Below, piece after piece: positions 1 through 8,747 of a stretch of 12,928 nt of DNA. The stretch is from Bdellovibrionales bacterium (lineage in GTDB: Bacteria; Bdellovibrionota; Bdellovibrionia; Bdellovibrionales; DASUEL01). The position numbers were made by a program, and so were the translations under genes. Under the pieces are notes generated by a model. It had not been told where the DNA came from and did not search any database. It saw only the letters and a program-made list of their open reading frames with translations. The stretch lies in assembly GCA_050250255.1 (NCBI GenBank), contig JBFWOZ010000064.1:1-12928 (forward strand). The letters run 5' to 3'. The first letter of the stretch is position 1, and each line of letters begins with the position of its first letter.

Positions 1-216
1 TTGGCTATTCAAGCTTTGGAGACCGTACCGATGTCCCAAAGAGACCAATCGTCTATGACCATGGCTATAGATACTTCGCTCATGGATGCCGCTAAAGAAA
101 AAATTAAAAACTTTAGACGCGAGTTATGTGATTTTTTTCAGAAAGAAAACAATCCACGCAATGCTGTCTATCAATTAACAATATCCTTATGTCCGTTGAC
201 TAAGATTGAGGAGTAA
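1..216 (+). CDS. C-terminal part of a TIGR02147/DUF4423-family protein (5'-truncated by the window)
   Basis: Translation 'ALETVPMSQRDQSSMTMAID...AKEKIKNFRREL...VYQLTISLCPLT' matches the DUF4423 C-terminal pattern recalled from family knowledge (RD-S-T-A, A+++I++FR, VYQLNxxLFPL). Stop TAA at 214-216. Confidence 0.8.
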   Translation: MAIQALETVPMSQRDQSSMTMAIDTSLMDAAKEKIKNFRRELCDFFQKENNPRNAVYQLTISLCPLTKIEE

Positions 217-217
217 T

Positions 218-1351
218 ATGAAACAACTCATTTTCAATATTTATCAGTATACATTTAAAGTGACCCTTTTACTTCTCGTGGCACAGTCAGTTTATGCGGG
301 CGGAGAAGGGCATGGTTCGAACCACATTAAAACACGGTTTTTGTGGGCGCGGGAAATTGCCATGGGCATCCTTGGAACAGAAAGCTGTAACAGAAGATTT
401 TCTGCAGACGATTGTTTAACCATGAAAAAGAAACTTTCAAGAAGTGTGTTTGTTTGGAAGGCGAATCCGAATGATCCTCTGACGGTTACTCTCCACGGTG
501 TTGAACAAGAGGTGTCTGCACGGACGACAAAAGAGCTCCAAAGCGTAATTGAGATTGATTTATTAAAAACTAAAGACATTGGTATTTTAGAGGCAGTTGT
601 TGTGATGATCCATGAGGCAGGTCATGCCGTCCACCTCTCTGACGATTTAATCACCGATCAAATTATTATTGATGCTCTTCAAGAAGAGGAAGATTTAAAG
701 AGATATATGCTGCTCCTTGACGGGACAAAAGCTCAGACCATGAGCGAAACGGGTGGAGATTATCGGTTATGGAATGCCTCCTCTTTAGAGATCCTGCGCA
801 GCGCACGCCTTGAAGCACAAAAATCAAACGCTCTCGCCGAAGAACGTAAAATACTACAACAAGCCATGAATACGGTTTTAAACACCACTCCTCCAGAGTA
901 TCAAAAGTATATTCTTTTAACTCTTGAGGGAAGCGTGAGCGATACCAACATTTTTGATGACGAGAAGTCACAAGTGGCTCTTTTAAGAAAATATGCAGAA
1001 TTCACGCATGGTGATCTTTCGGCTCTTTCTAGGCTGCAAAATACAGAGCAAACCTACATCTCGCACATAAAAGATGTTCTGTCCCGTACGATCAAGCTGA
1101 GTCTTAACTCTGCGGTAAGTCGTAATGATAACTTGGTTTTTATAAGACAAGTTGAGCGTGCGGCACTTTCTCTCAACCAGAACATTCAATCAAAGGTCTT
1201 TATCTGTGCTCAACAAACGCTGCATTCAGCACTTCACCAAGTAAGTGCGCTTGAGCAAGACAGTGTGAAATTAGGAAGAATTTTAAGATCGCACATTATG
1301 ATGGTACTGAATGATTTAGATCGTGGGACTTGTTCTACGCCGCAACCTTAA
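218..1351 (+). CDS. Secreted hypothetical protein with HEXXH zincin-like motif and helical C-terminal region
   Basis: ATG at 218 preceded by GAGGAG (208-213), a better start than TTG at 206. Signal-peptide-like N-terminus ending VYA|GGEGHG. HEAGH encoded at 611-625. Confidence 0.7.
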   Translation: MKQLIFNIYQYTFKVTLLLLVAQSVYAGGEGHGSNHIKTRFLWAREIAMGILGTESCNRRFSADDCLTMKKKLSRSVFVWKANPNDPLTVTLHGVEQEVSARTTKELQSVIEIDLLKTKDIGILEAVVVMIHEAGHAVHLSDDLITDQIIIDALQEEEDLKRYMLLLDGTKAQTMSETGGDYRLWNASSLEILRSARLEAQKSNALAEERKILQQAMNTVLNTTPPEYQKYILLTLEGSVSDTNIFDDEKSQVALLRKYAEFTHGDLSALSRLQNTEQTYISHIKDVLSRTIKLSLNSAVSRNDNLVFIRQVERAALSLNQNIQSKVFICAQQTLHSALHQVSALEQDSVKLGRILRSHIMMVLNDLDRGTCSTPQP

Positions 1352-1358
1352 AAGACAT

Positions 1359-1389
1359 AAAAAAGCCCGCGTGTTATCACGGGCTTTTT
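1359..1389. terminator. Bidirectional intrinsic terminator between convergent genes
   Basis: AAAAAA-GCCCG-cgtgttatca-CGGGC-TTTTT, lying between stops at 1351 (+) and 1427 (-). Confidence 0.85.
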
Positions 1390-1426
1390 GTCTAGAGGTA
1401 AAGTGCGAAGGTATAAGTGAACCTCC

Positions 1427-1849
1427 TTACATCTGTTTTGTAAACACCGTAGCACTACTGTAAATGACATTTCCAAGATCGTCGTAATACTTGCTACTTA
1501 CGCGAATATCTCCGTTTGAACCAAATTTTTGAAATGTACTGCGTGTGCTTTGGTATTTTTTGTCGGCTTCGATGAATAAAGTTCCTTGGATTACAAATGC
1601 TACATCTGTGAAGGTATAGGATTCAAACCTCGTATTTCCGTCAAAAACACTTGTGATTTTTCTATAGATTCCATCGGCAATATAGTGATCCATCGAACCG
1701 TTGTCGGATCGAATCATATCCAGAGACGTACACGCGGTTTGCTGTATTTGAATTGGAAGATTACGCACGACATACCTTCCGCTAAAATCAGGACATGCAT
1801 GTGTTGTGGTGCCAATAAATAAGATAGCCAAACTAAGAAGCTGTTTCAT
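1427..1849 (-). CDS. Secreted hypothetical protein, probably beta-rich (140 aa)
   Basis: RBS TTGGAG-aaat-ATG. Signal peptide MKQLLSLAILFIGTTTHA followed by CPDFSGRY. Two Cys and alternating strand-like patterns. Confidence 0.8.
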   Translation of the reverse strand: MKQLLSLAILFIGTTTHACPDFSGRYVVRNLPIQIQQTACTSLDMIRSDNGSMDHYIADGIYRKITSVFDGNTRFESYTFTDVAFVIQGTLFIEADKKYQSTRSTFQKFGSNGDIRVSSKYYDDLGNVIYSSATVFTKQM

Positions 1850-1880
1850 ATTTTCTCCAAACTAAAGTGACCATAAGTAA

Positions 1881-1909
1881 ACTCTAGAAAGTTCAAAATA
1901 GAATAGCAA
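1881..1909 (-). promoter_or_regulatory. Putative sigma70 promoter for the 140-aa orphan
   Basis: Minus strand TTGCTA (1909-1904), 17-nt spacer, TAGAGT (1886-1881), immediately downstream of the sucD terminator. Confidence 0.5.
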
Positions 1910-1910
1910 T

Positions 1911-1942
1911 AAAAAAAGCCCGCGATTTCTCGCGAGCTTTTT
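1911..1942 (-). terminator. Intrinsic terminator of the icd-mdh-sucCD operon
   Basis: Minus strand GCTCGCGA-GAAA-TCGCGGGC-TTTTTTT: GNRA tetraloop, one G-U pair, U7 tail, about 25 nt after the sucD stop. Confidence 0.9.
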
Positions 1943-1967
1943 ATTTGCCAAGAATGTGGGCGACAGA

Positions 1968-2834
1968 TTACATCTGTGACTTAAGCGTTGTCGCTAAATC
2001 TGCAGGGCTTCGGGCGATGGCACAGCCAGCGCTTTGGAGGGCGTCGAATTTGTCTTTCGCCGTTCCTTTTCCACCGCTGATGATCGCGCCGGCATGACCC
2101 ATGCGTCTTCCCGGAGGAGCGCTGGCACCAGCGATAAAGCAAGTCACAGGTTTTTTAAACTCGCGCTTGATGTATTCGGCCGCCTCTTCTTCAGCGCTTC
2201 CGCCGATTTCACCGATCATGATCACGGCATCAGTGTCTTTGTCGGCATTGTAGAGCTCAAGAACGTCGATGAAGTTAGTTCCATTCACCGGATCACCACC
2301 AATGCCTACGCATGTACTTTGACCTAATCCGATTGCGGTTAATTGATGAACTGCTTCGTAAGTCAAAGTTCCTGAGCGAGAGAGAACTCCGATACGACCT
2401 GGTTTGTGAATGTAGCCTGGCATAATTCCGATTTTGCATTGGCCAGGAGTAATCACGCCAGGACAGTTCGGTCCTACAAGGCGAGTTTTTTTGCCTTGCA
2501 TGTAGCGTTTCACTTTCACCATATCTAAAACGGGAATTCCTTCAGTGATACAAACCACTAATTCGATTTTTGCATCGACCGCTTCCATGATGGCATCAGC
2601 GGCAAATGGCGGTGGAACGTAAATCACCGAAGCGTTTGCTCCAGTTTTCTTTACCGCTTCATCGACCGTGTTAAACACAGGAAGATTAAGATGTTTTGTT
2701 CCACCTTTTCCTGGAGTCACTCCGCCAACCATTTTGGTTCCGTACTGAATGGCTTGTTCCGAGTGAAAAGTCCCTTGTGCGCCGGTGAAGCCCTGACAAA
2801 TCACTTTTGTATTACTATTGATTAAAATCGCCAT
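1968..2834 (-). CDS. sucD: Succinyl-CoA synthetase alpha subunit
   Basis: Motifs [39 protein letters not shown] and RMGHAGAI (phospho-His). RBS AGGAG. Confidence 0.99.
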   Translation of the reverse strand: MAILINSNTKVICQGFTGAQGTFHSEQAIQYGTKMVGGVTPGKGGTKHLNLPVFNTVDEAVKKTGANASVIYVPPPFAADAIMEAVDAKIELVVCITEGIPVLDMVKVKRYMQGKKTRLVGPNCPGVITPGQCKIGIMPGYIHKPGRIGVLSRSGTLTYEAVHQLTAIGLGQSTCVGIGGDPVNGTNFIDVLELYNADKDTDAVIMIGEIGGSAEEEAAEYIKREFKKPVTCFIAGASAPPGRRMGHAGAIISGGKGTAKDKFDALQSAGCAIARSPADLATTLKSQM

Positions 2835-2843
2835 GGTCTTCTC

Positions 2844-4007
2844 CTACTTTTTAAGAGCAGCGACTACTTTTTTTGCTGCATCTGTTAGGTCGTTTGCGGG
2901 AATGATATTAAGTCCACTTTTTTCGAGAAGACTACGACCAAGTTCCACGTTTGTTCCTGCAAGTCGCACAACGAGAGGAACTTTGAGGCCGAGTTCTTTG
3001 GAAGCGGCAATCACGCCTTCGGCGATGATGTCACATTTCATAATCCCTCCAAAAATATTCACAAGAATCGCTTTTACATTGGGATCTCTTAAAATGATTT
3101 TGAAAGCCGTTGTAACTTTCTCTTTCGTTGCGCCACCACCAACGTCCAAAAAGTTGGCGGGTTCGCCACCGTGAATTTGGATGATGTCCATGGTCGACAT
3201 CGCAAGACCAGCACCATTCACAAGGCATCCGATGTTTCCATCGAGCTTAATGAATGCGAGATCACTCTTTGAAGCTTCTACTTCTGCCGGGTCTTCTTCG
3301 CGAATGTCGCGCATTTCGGCGATGTCTTTATGTCGAAAGAGAGCGTTGTCATCAAAGTTTAGCTTTGCATCGAGGGCTATTACGGTATTTTCTTTTGTCA
3401 AAACAAGAGGGTTGATCTCAGCAATAGAACAATCTGATTTTTCAAAGGCCTGGTAAAGAGCCATAAACATTTTTGTCGCTGGGCCAATGGCCGCTTCAGG
3501 AATGTTCAAAGCAAAGGCGAGTTGTCTTGCTTGAAAGGGGATTAAGCCGGTTGCAGGATCAATGCTCACACGAATAATTTTCTCAGGATGTTTTTCGGCC
3601 ACCTCTTCGATGTCCATTCCGCCTTCGCTAGAGGCCATCATGGTCACACGGCTTGTCGCCCGATCGACAAGAGCAGCAACATAATATTCTTTTGCAATAT
3701 TACATCCTTCTTCGACGAGCACTTGATGAACTTTCTTTCCTTCTGCGCCAGTTTGTGGAGTGACAAGAGTCATCCCAATGATCTGCTTGGCTACGGATTG
3801 AACTTCATCAAGATTCTTAGCGAGTTTTACCCCACCGCCTTTTCCGCGACCACCGGCGTGAACTTGGGCTTTTACCACCCAAACAGATCCGCCAAGGTCC
3901 TGCGCTGCTTTTTTCGCCTCTTCAGGAGTAGTTGCGACTTTTCCACGTAAAGTGGCAACGCCGTACTTCCTAAGAACTTCTTTTGCCTGATACTCATGAA
4001 TATTCAT
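2844..4007 (-). CDS. sucC: Succinyl-CoA synthetase beta subunit
   Basis: [65 protein letters not shown]. Confidence 0.99.
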   Translation of the reverse strand: MNIHEYQAKEVLRKYGVATLRGKVATTPEEAKKAAQDLGGSVWVVKAQVHAGGRGKGGGVKLAKNLDEVQSVAKQIIGMTLVTPQTGAEGKKVHQVLVEEGCNIAKEYYVAALVDRATSRVTMMASSEGGMDIEEVAEKHPEKIIRVSIDPATGLIPFQARQLAFALNIPEAAIGPATKMFMALYQAFEKSDCSIAEINPLVLTKENTVIALDAKLNFDDNALFRHKDIAEMRDIREEDPAEVEASKSDLAFIKLDGNIGCLVNGAGLAMSTMDIIQIHGGEPANFLDVGGGATKEKVTTAFKIILRDPNVKAILVNIFGGIMKCDIIAEGVIAASKELGLKVPLVVRLAGTNVELGRSLLEKSGLNIIPANDLTDAAKKVVAALKK

Positions 4008-4020
4008 GTTGAGTTTTTTC

Positions 4021-4968
4021 CTATGCCTTTAAATTTTTAAGAGCTTCGACGAGGCCTTTAACAGCGTTGATCGAGTTATCGAGACCTTTTTGTTCTTCGT
4101 CATTGAGTTTGAGCTCAATCACTTTTTCCATTCCTTTTCCACCGAGAACGCAAAGTACGCCCACGAAAATTCCTTTGACGCCGTACTCACCATCTAGGAG
4201 GGCGGCACAAGGAAGAATTCTTTTTTGATCTTTCAAAATCGCTTCGGCCATCTGTACTGCGCTGGCAGACGGAGCATAGTAAGCGGAACCAGTTTTTAAA
4301 AGAGCCACAACTTCCGCACCACCATTACGTGCACGGTTTACGAGAAAATCAATACGATCTTTAGGAAGAATTTCCATGAGAGGCACACCGCCGACGGAAC
4401 AGTGGCGAGGCATTGGAACCATTGTATCGCCGTGACCACCGAGAACAAAAGCCTGAACATCTTTTACACTCACATTGAGCTCTTCAGCGATAAAAGTACG
4501 GAAACGGGCACCATCAAGAACGCCGGCCATGCCGATGACGCGCTCGCGTGGAAATCCTAGAACTTCTTTCGCTACAAAAGCCATGGCATCGAGAGGGTTA
4601 CTCACGATAATCGCGACTGAGTTTGGAGAATATTTTTTTACACCTTCGCAGACTTCTTTCATAATTTTTGAGTTTGTCGAGAGAAGATCGTCGCGGCTCA
4701 TTCCAGGTTTTCGTGGAATACCGGCAGTGATGATGACAACGTCAGAATCGGCCGTGTCAGCATAGCTACTTGTTCCGGTGATACGTGAATCAAACACTTC
4801 TACGGGTGAAGAGCAGTAAAGATCTAATGCTTTTCCTTTCGCAGCACCCTCGTTGACGTCTAAGAGAACCACGTCGCCCAATTCTTTTTGAGCAGCCCAG
4901 TGAGCGCATGTTGAGCCCACAAATCCGGCTCCGATCACAGTGATTTTTTTTCTTTTATGTTGAACCAT
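4021..4968 (-). CDS. mdh: Malate dehydrogenase (LDH-like type)
   Basis: Rossmann GAGFVG; specificity loop [13 protein letters not shown] with the MDH Arg; VSNPLD, GGHGD, GSAYYAP. RBS AGGAG. Confidence 0.97.
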   Translation of the reverse strand: MVQHKRKKITVIGAGFVGSTCAHWAAQKELGDVVLLDVNEGAAKGKALDLYCSSPVEVFDSRITGTSSYADTADSDVVIITAGIPRKPGMSRDDLLSTNSKIMKEVCEGVKKYSPNSVAIIVSNPLDAMAFVAKEVLGFPRERVIGMAGVLDGARFRTFIAEELNVSVKDVQAFVLGGHGDTMVPMPRHCSVGGVPLMEILPKDRIDFLVNRARNGGAEVVALLKTGSAYYAPSASAVQMAEAILKDQKRILPCAALLDGEYGVKGIFVGVLCVLGGKGMEKVIELKLNDEEQKGLDNSINAVKGLVEALKNLKA

Positions 4969-4984
4969 GATGTCAGTCTCCTAT

Positions 4985-6229
4985 TCACATGTTTTTAATA
5001 ATTTCTTCACCAAATTCAGAACATTTTAACAAAGTTGCGCCTTCCATCTGGCGATGGAAGTCGTAAGTCACTCGCTTATTCTGGATGGCTTTTTGTAATC
5101 CTTTTTCAACGAGCTCATAAGCCTCTTTCCAACCAAGATACTCGAGCATCATTGAGCCTGAAAGAATGACGGAACCAGGGTTCACTTTATCCTGACCCGC
5201 ATACTTCGGAGCTGTCCCATGAGTGGCTTCGAAAACGGCATAGCCATCTCCAATGTTAGCGCCCGGAGCAATTCCTAATCCACCAACCTGAGCGGCGAGA
5301 GCGTCACTAATGTAATCACCATTGAGATTTGGAAGGATCAAAACCGAATACTCTTCGGGTCTTAAGAGTGCCTGTTGGAACATGTTATCGGCAATGCGAT
5401 CTTTCACAATGATTTTGCCTGCGGGTGCTTTTCCGGCGTGTTTTTCCCAGACATCATCTTCCGTCACGATGTAGTCGCCATATTTTTCTTTGGCTTCTTG
5501 GTAACACCAGTCTTTAAAGGCACCTTCGGTGAACTTCATGATGTTGCCTTTGTGAACGGCCGTAACACTTGGTAGCTTGTTAGCAATGGCAAAATCCATT
5601 GCTTTTCTCATAAGACGTCTCGTGCCAAACTCGCTCATAGGTTTAATACCGATGGCTGAATTTTCACGAATTTTTTTTCCATGTTTTGCCGCAAGTTGAA
5701 TGAACTCATTCGCCTCTGGACTGCCGGCTGTCCACTCTACACCCGCATACACATCCTCTGTGTTTTCACGAAAGATCGTCATGTTGACTTTTTCTGGTTC
5801 TTTCACGGGAGAAGGAACGCCTTTGTACCATTTGCAAGGTCGCACGCACGCGTAGAGATCCATTTCTTTTCGAATGGCCACGTTCAAAGAGCGAATGCCT
5901 TTACCAACGGGAGTGCCAAGAGGTCCTTTGATGGAAACCACGAACTCTTTCATTGCGGCGAGTGTCTCATCAGGGAGCCACTGACCGTTGTATGTTTTTA
6001 CGGCTTTTTCACCAGCGTAGATTTCACACCACTGAATTTTCTTTTTTCCGCCGTAAGCTTTTTCGACAGCGGCATCAAGAACGCGAACTGAAGCGGCCCA
6101 AATGTCAGGACCGGTGCCGTCGCCTTCGATGAAGTTAATAATAGGCTGGTTAGGTACTTCGATTTTGCCATTTGTACCAATTTTGATTTTTTGTCCCTGA
6201 GTGGGGACTTTGATTTTTTCGTAAGACAT
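4985..6229 (-). CDS. icd: NADP-dependent isocitrate dehydrogenase (E. coli-type dimeric IDH, 414 aa)
   Basis: Likely start ATG at 6229 ([18 protein letters not shown]), not 6634. Motifs [51 protein letters not shown] determinants in HGTAPKYAG and VTYDFHR. Confidence 0.97.
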   Translation of the reverse strand: MSYEKIKVPTQGQKIKIGTNGKIEVPNQPIINFIEGDGTGPDIWAASVRVLDAAVEKAYGGKKKIQWCEIYAGEKAVKTYNGQWLPDETLAAMKEFVVSIKGPLGTPVGKGIRSLNVAIRKEMDLYACVRPCKWYKGVPSPVKEPEKVNMTIFRENTEDVYAGVEWTAGSPEANEFIQLAAKHGKKIRENSAIGIKPMSEFGTRRLMRKAMDFAIANKLPSVTAVHKGNIMKFTEGAFKDWCYQEAKEKYGDYIVTEDDVWEKHAGKAPAGKIIVKDRIADNMFQQALLRPEEYSVLILPNLNGDYISDALAAQVGGLGIAPGANIGDGYAVFEATHGTAPKYAGQDKVNPGSVILSGSMMLEYLGWKEAYELVEKGLQKAIQNKRVTYDFHRQMEGATLLKCSEFGEEIIKNM

Positions 6230-6306
6230 GGAGACGTTCCTTTTACTTAAGTCCTTTCGGACTCTTTTTTGTTGAGCTGTTGCTTTCTTATAGAAATTTC
6301 CAAAAA

Positions 6307-6335
6307 ATCTTAGAGCCCATCTCATAAATAGGCAA
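6307..6335 (-). promoter_or_regulatory. Putative sigma70 promoter of the icd operon
   Basis: Minus strand TTGCCT (6335-6330), 17-nt spacer, TAAGAT (6312-6307), about 80 nt upstream of the icd ATG. Confidence 0.55.
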
Positions 6336-6374
6336 GACCCGATTTCTGTCTTTTCCTTGAGATTTCGTGTGAAA

Positions 6375-6413
6375 TTCATGACAATTTTGAATGACAAATG
6401 TTCACGACAATTG
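6375..6413. repeat. Three tandem imperfect 13-bp direct repeats in the divergent icd/mla intergenic region
   Basis: TTCATGACAATTT / TGAATGACAAATG / TTCACGACAATTG; invariant GACAA core at 6380, 6393 and 6406. Confidence 0.6.
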
Positions 6414-6458
6414 AACGATAAAGCTTGATTCAAATTGCGATGAAAAGGATTTTGCAGC

Positions 6459-7223
6459 GTGCCAGGCACTCCCTTGATGAGTTTTAAAAATGTTTCGGTT
6501 CGTTTTAGTGAGCATACGGTGCTTTCGAGAGTGAATTTGGATCTCTTCGAAGGGGAAAGTCTTGTCATCATCGGTCCCAGCGGCCAGGGGAAGTCCGTCC
6601 TGTTAAAACTTTTTGCAGGACTAATGGAACCCACTGAGGGAGAAGTGCTTTGGTCTGGACGAAGTTCTACGAGTTACTCTCGAGCAGAGCGCGTCAATTG
6701 GCTACAGAAAATGGGAATGTTGTTTCAGAAAAATGCCCTCTTTGACTCTCTCTCGGTTGCAGAAAATGTCGCCTTTCCTCTTCGTGAAACCACCGCGAAG
6801 GGCGAAAAAGAAATCCAAGCTCTTGTAGATTATTACTTAGAGGCCGTAGGCTTACTAGAATCTAAAGGTAAATATCCCAGTGAAATCAGTGGTGGTATGC
6901 AAAAACGTCTCGGTATTGCGCGTGCTTTAGCACTGAAACCCAAGGTGATTTTGTACGATGACCCCACGGCCGGTCTTGATCCTATTACGAGTCGAAAGAT
7001 CATTCAGTTGATCTTAAATTTACAAAAAGAACTGAAGTCGACGATCATCACGATCACCAATGAAATGAATCGTGCTTTTCAATTGGCGGGGCGAATTTGT
7101 ATGGTCGTCGATGAGTCGGTGATTGAGATGGGCGACAGCCAAGCCTCTAAGAAACATCAAGATCCGCGTGTTCAACAATTTATCAGGGGAAATGTGTCAG
7201 GCCCGTTAACGGATCAGAGATAA
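6459..7223 (+). CDS. mlaF: MlaF/Mkl-family ABC ATPase, copy 1 (degenerate catalytic residues)
   Basis: Walker [33 protein letters not shown], signature ISGGMQKR, Walker B ILYDDP (E->D), switch ITNE (H->N), MlaF-type tail [15 protein letters not shown]. Start GTG 6459 or ATG 6477. Confidence 0.9.
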   Translation: MPGTPLMSFKNVSVRFSEHTVLSRVNLDLFEGESLVIIGPSGQGKSVLLKLFAGLMEPTEGEVLWSGRSSTSYSRAERVNWLQKMGMLFQKNALFDSLSVAENVAFPLRETTAKGEKEIQALVDYYLEAVGLLESKGKYPSEISGGMQKRLGIARALALKPKVILYDDPTAGLDPITSRKIIQLILNLQKELKSTIITITNEMNRAFQLAGRICMVVDESVIEMGDSQASKKHQDPRVQQFIRGNVSGPLTDQR

Positions 7224-7224
7224 C

Positions 7225-7971
7225 ATGGTTGAGTTTAAAAATGTTCATAAGCAGTTTGGTTCTCATCATGTTTTAAAAGGAATTAGCTTTGCCATTGAGC
7301 AGGGCGAAATCATTTTTATTCTCGGAACTTCTGGTACAGGAAAGTCTGTCCTTTTAAAAAATATCGTAGGTTTACTCACACCTGACAGTGGGGAAATTTG
7401 GATTGATGGTGAAGAAGTAAGCCAGCTGACGGAGCTACAGTACTTTCCGATTCGAAAAAAGTGCGGAATGGTCTTTCAGCACCCCGCTCTCTTTGACTCA
7501 CTGACTGTTTATGAGAACGTCGCTTTTGGACTTAGAAAACATTTTCAACTTGCGGAAGAAGAAATCCAAAAACGAGTGAAAGAGTGTCTCGCGCTCGTTC
7601 ACTTAAGTGACATTGAAGAGAAGTTTCCTGGTGAGCTTTCGTACGGAATGCAAAAGCGTGTGAGTCTGGCGCGTACCGTCGCGTTACAGCCTAAAATCTT
7701 ACTTTTTGATGAACCGACGACAGGTTTAGATCCCGTCACTACCAATGCGGTGAATCTCCTGATTCAGGATCTTTCTAGAAAATTACACACCACCTCTTTG
7801 GTCGTGAGCCACGACATGAACTGTGCTCTTGATATCGCCGATCGTATTATTGTTCTGGATAAGGGCATAGTCATTTGTAATGGGACACCTCAAGAGCTGA
7901 AGAAAAACACTCAGCCGCTTGTCAAAGATTTTTTAGAAGAAGCTCTCCTGCTTCGAGGAGAAAGCTTATGA
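7225..7971 (+). CDS. mlaF: MlaF/Mkl-family ABC ATPase, copy 2 (altered signature motif)
   Basis: Walker A GTSGTGKS, GMVFQHPALFDSLTVYENVAF, signature LSYGMQKR, Walker B LLFDEP, switch VSHD. Confidence 0.9.
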   Translation: MVEFKNVHKQFGSHHVLKGISFAIEQGEIIFILGTSGTGKSVLLKNIVGLLTPDSGEIWIDGEEVSQLTELQYFPIRKKCGMVFQHPALFDSLTVYENVAFGLRKHFQLAEEEIQKRVKECLALVHLSDIEEKFPGELSYGMQKRVSLARTVALQPKILLFDEPTTGLDPVTTNAVNLLIQDLSRKLHTTSLVVSHDMNCALDIADRIIVLDKGIVICNGTPQELKKNTQPLVKDFLEEALLLRGESL

Positions 7972-8747
7972 GATTTCTTTACATGTTTTTGGACGAAGTG
8001 GGGCGAGAGGCTCTGTTTTTACGACAGATTGTCGAGACGGCCTGGTACCGACCATGTTCTTGGCACAGCATTTGTGAACAGATTTATAAAGTCACTATTC
8101 AGAGCTTGGCAACGGTCGCGATGGCAGGTTTTTTTGTCGGCGCGATTATTGTCATTCAATTTACTGTTCAAATTACCGAGTTTGGTGGGCTTGGATATCT
8201 GGGTGGCCTCACCACAAGTAGTGCGATTCGCGAAGTAGGTCCTCTTCTTATCGCCTTCATGTTAAGTGGAAAAGTGGGCGCCTATACTGCGGCCGAACTC
8301 GGAACCATGCGCGTGACAGAGCAAATCGATGCGATTCGCTGTTTGGGCTCTGATCCACTTCAAGAACTCATTCTTCCTCGTTTCATGGGAATTATTATAT
8401 CTAGCTTTCTTCTCCTGCTGCTCGGTTTGATCATGGCGATTGGGGGAGGAATGGTGATGGGAATTTACTTCGCAGATATAAGTTATGAAGAATATCTCCG
8501 GCATATCCCCACAATGCTTACTCTGCCCTCTATATATGGTGGCCTATTTAAGTGTCTTATTTTTTCGATCACGCTCGCGACCATTTGTACTTACAAAGGT
8601 TATTCGGCGAGCGGTGGAGCACGTGGGGTAGGTAAAGCAGTTGTACAGACGGCAATGATGACGATGATCGGGATCGTGCTCGCTGACTGGATCACGACAG
8701 AAGTTGCCAACTCCGTGAAAAACGCGTTTCAAATGGTGCAACTATGA
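7968..8747 (+). CDS. mlaE: MlaE/YrbE-family permease, copy 1
   Basis: REVGPLLIAFMLSGKVGAYTAAELGTMRVTEQIDAIRCLGSDP and GGARGVGKAV motifs; multiple TM segments; ATGA overlap with the upstream gene. Confidence 0.93.
   Translation: MRFLYMFLDEVGREALFLRQIVETAWYRPCSWHSICEQIYKVTIQSLATVAMAGFFVGAIIVIQFTVQITEFGGLGYLGGLTTSSAIREVGPLLIAFMLSGKVGAYTAAELGTMRVTEQIDAIRCLGSDPLQELILPRFMGIIISSFLLLLLGLIMAIGGGMVMGIYFADISYEEYLRHIPTMLTLPSIYGGLFKCLIFSITLATICTYKGYSASGGARGVGKAVVQTAMMTMIGIVLADWITTEVANSVKNAFQMVQL

Noticed and set aside
292..1822. Short opposite-strand ORFs within the two left-hand secreted genes
   Set aside because: Fully nested in better-supported genes that have an RBS and signal peptide.
1427..1849. 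Lipoprotein call from THA-C
   Set aside because: Poor lipobox match; T-H-A fits signal peptidase I, and the Cys could pair with the second Cys. Not fully excluded.
2034..6180. Antisense or alternate-frame ORFs inside sucD, sucC, mdh and icd
   Set aside because: Shadow ORFs of conserved, codon-biased genes with no recognisable motifs.
6230..6634. 135-aa N-terminal extension of IDH in the 549-aa ORF call
   Set aside because: It overlaps mlaF antisense and the promoter region. IDH similarity begins at MSYEKIKVP (6229), which has its own RBS and upstream promoter.
6459..7223. mlaF copy 1 as a decaying pseudogene
   Set aside because: The frame is intact; Walker A, Q-loop, signature, D-loop and tail are conserved; the substitutions are specific and complemented by the partner's signature change.
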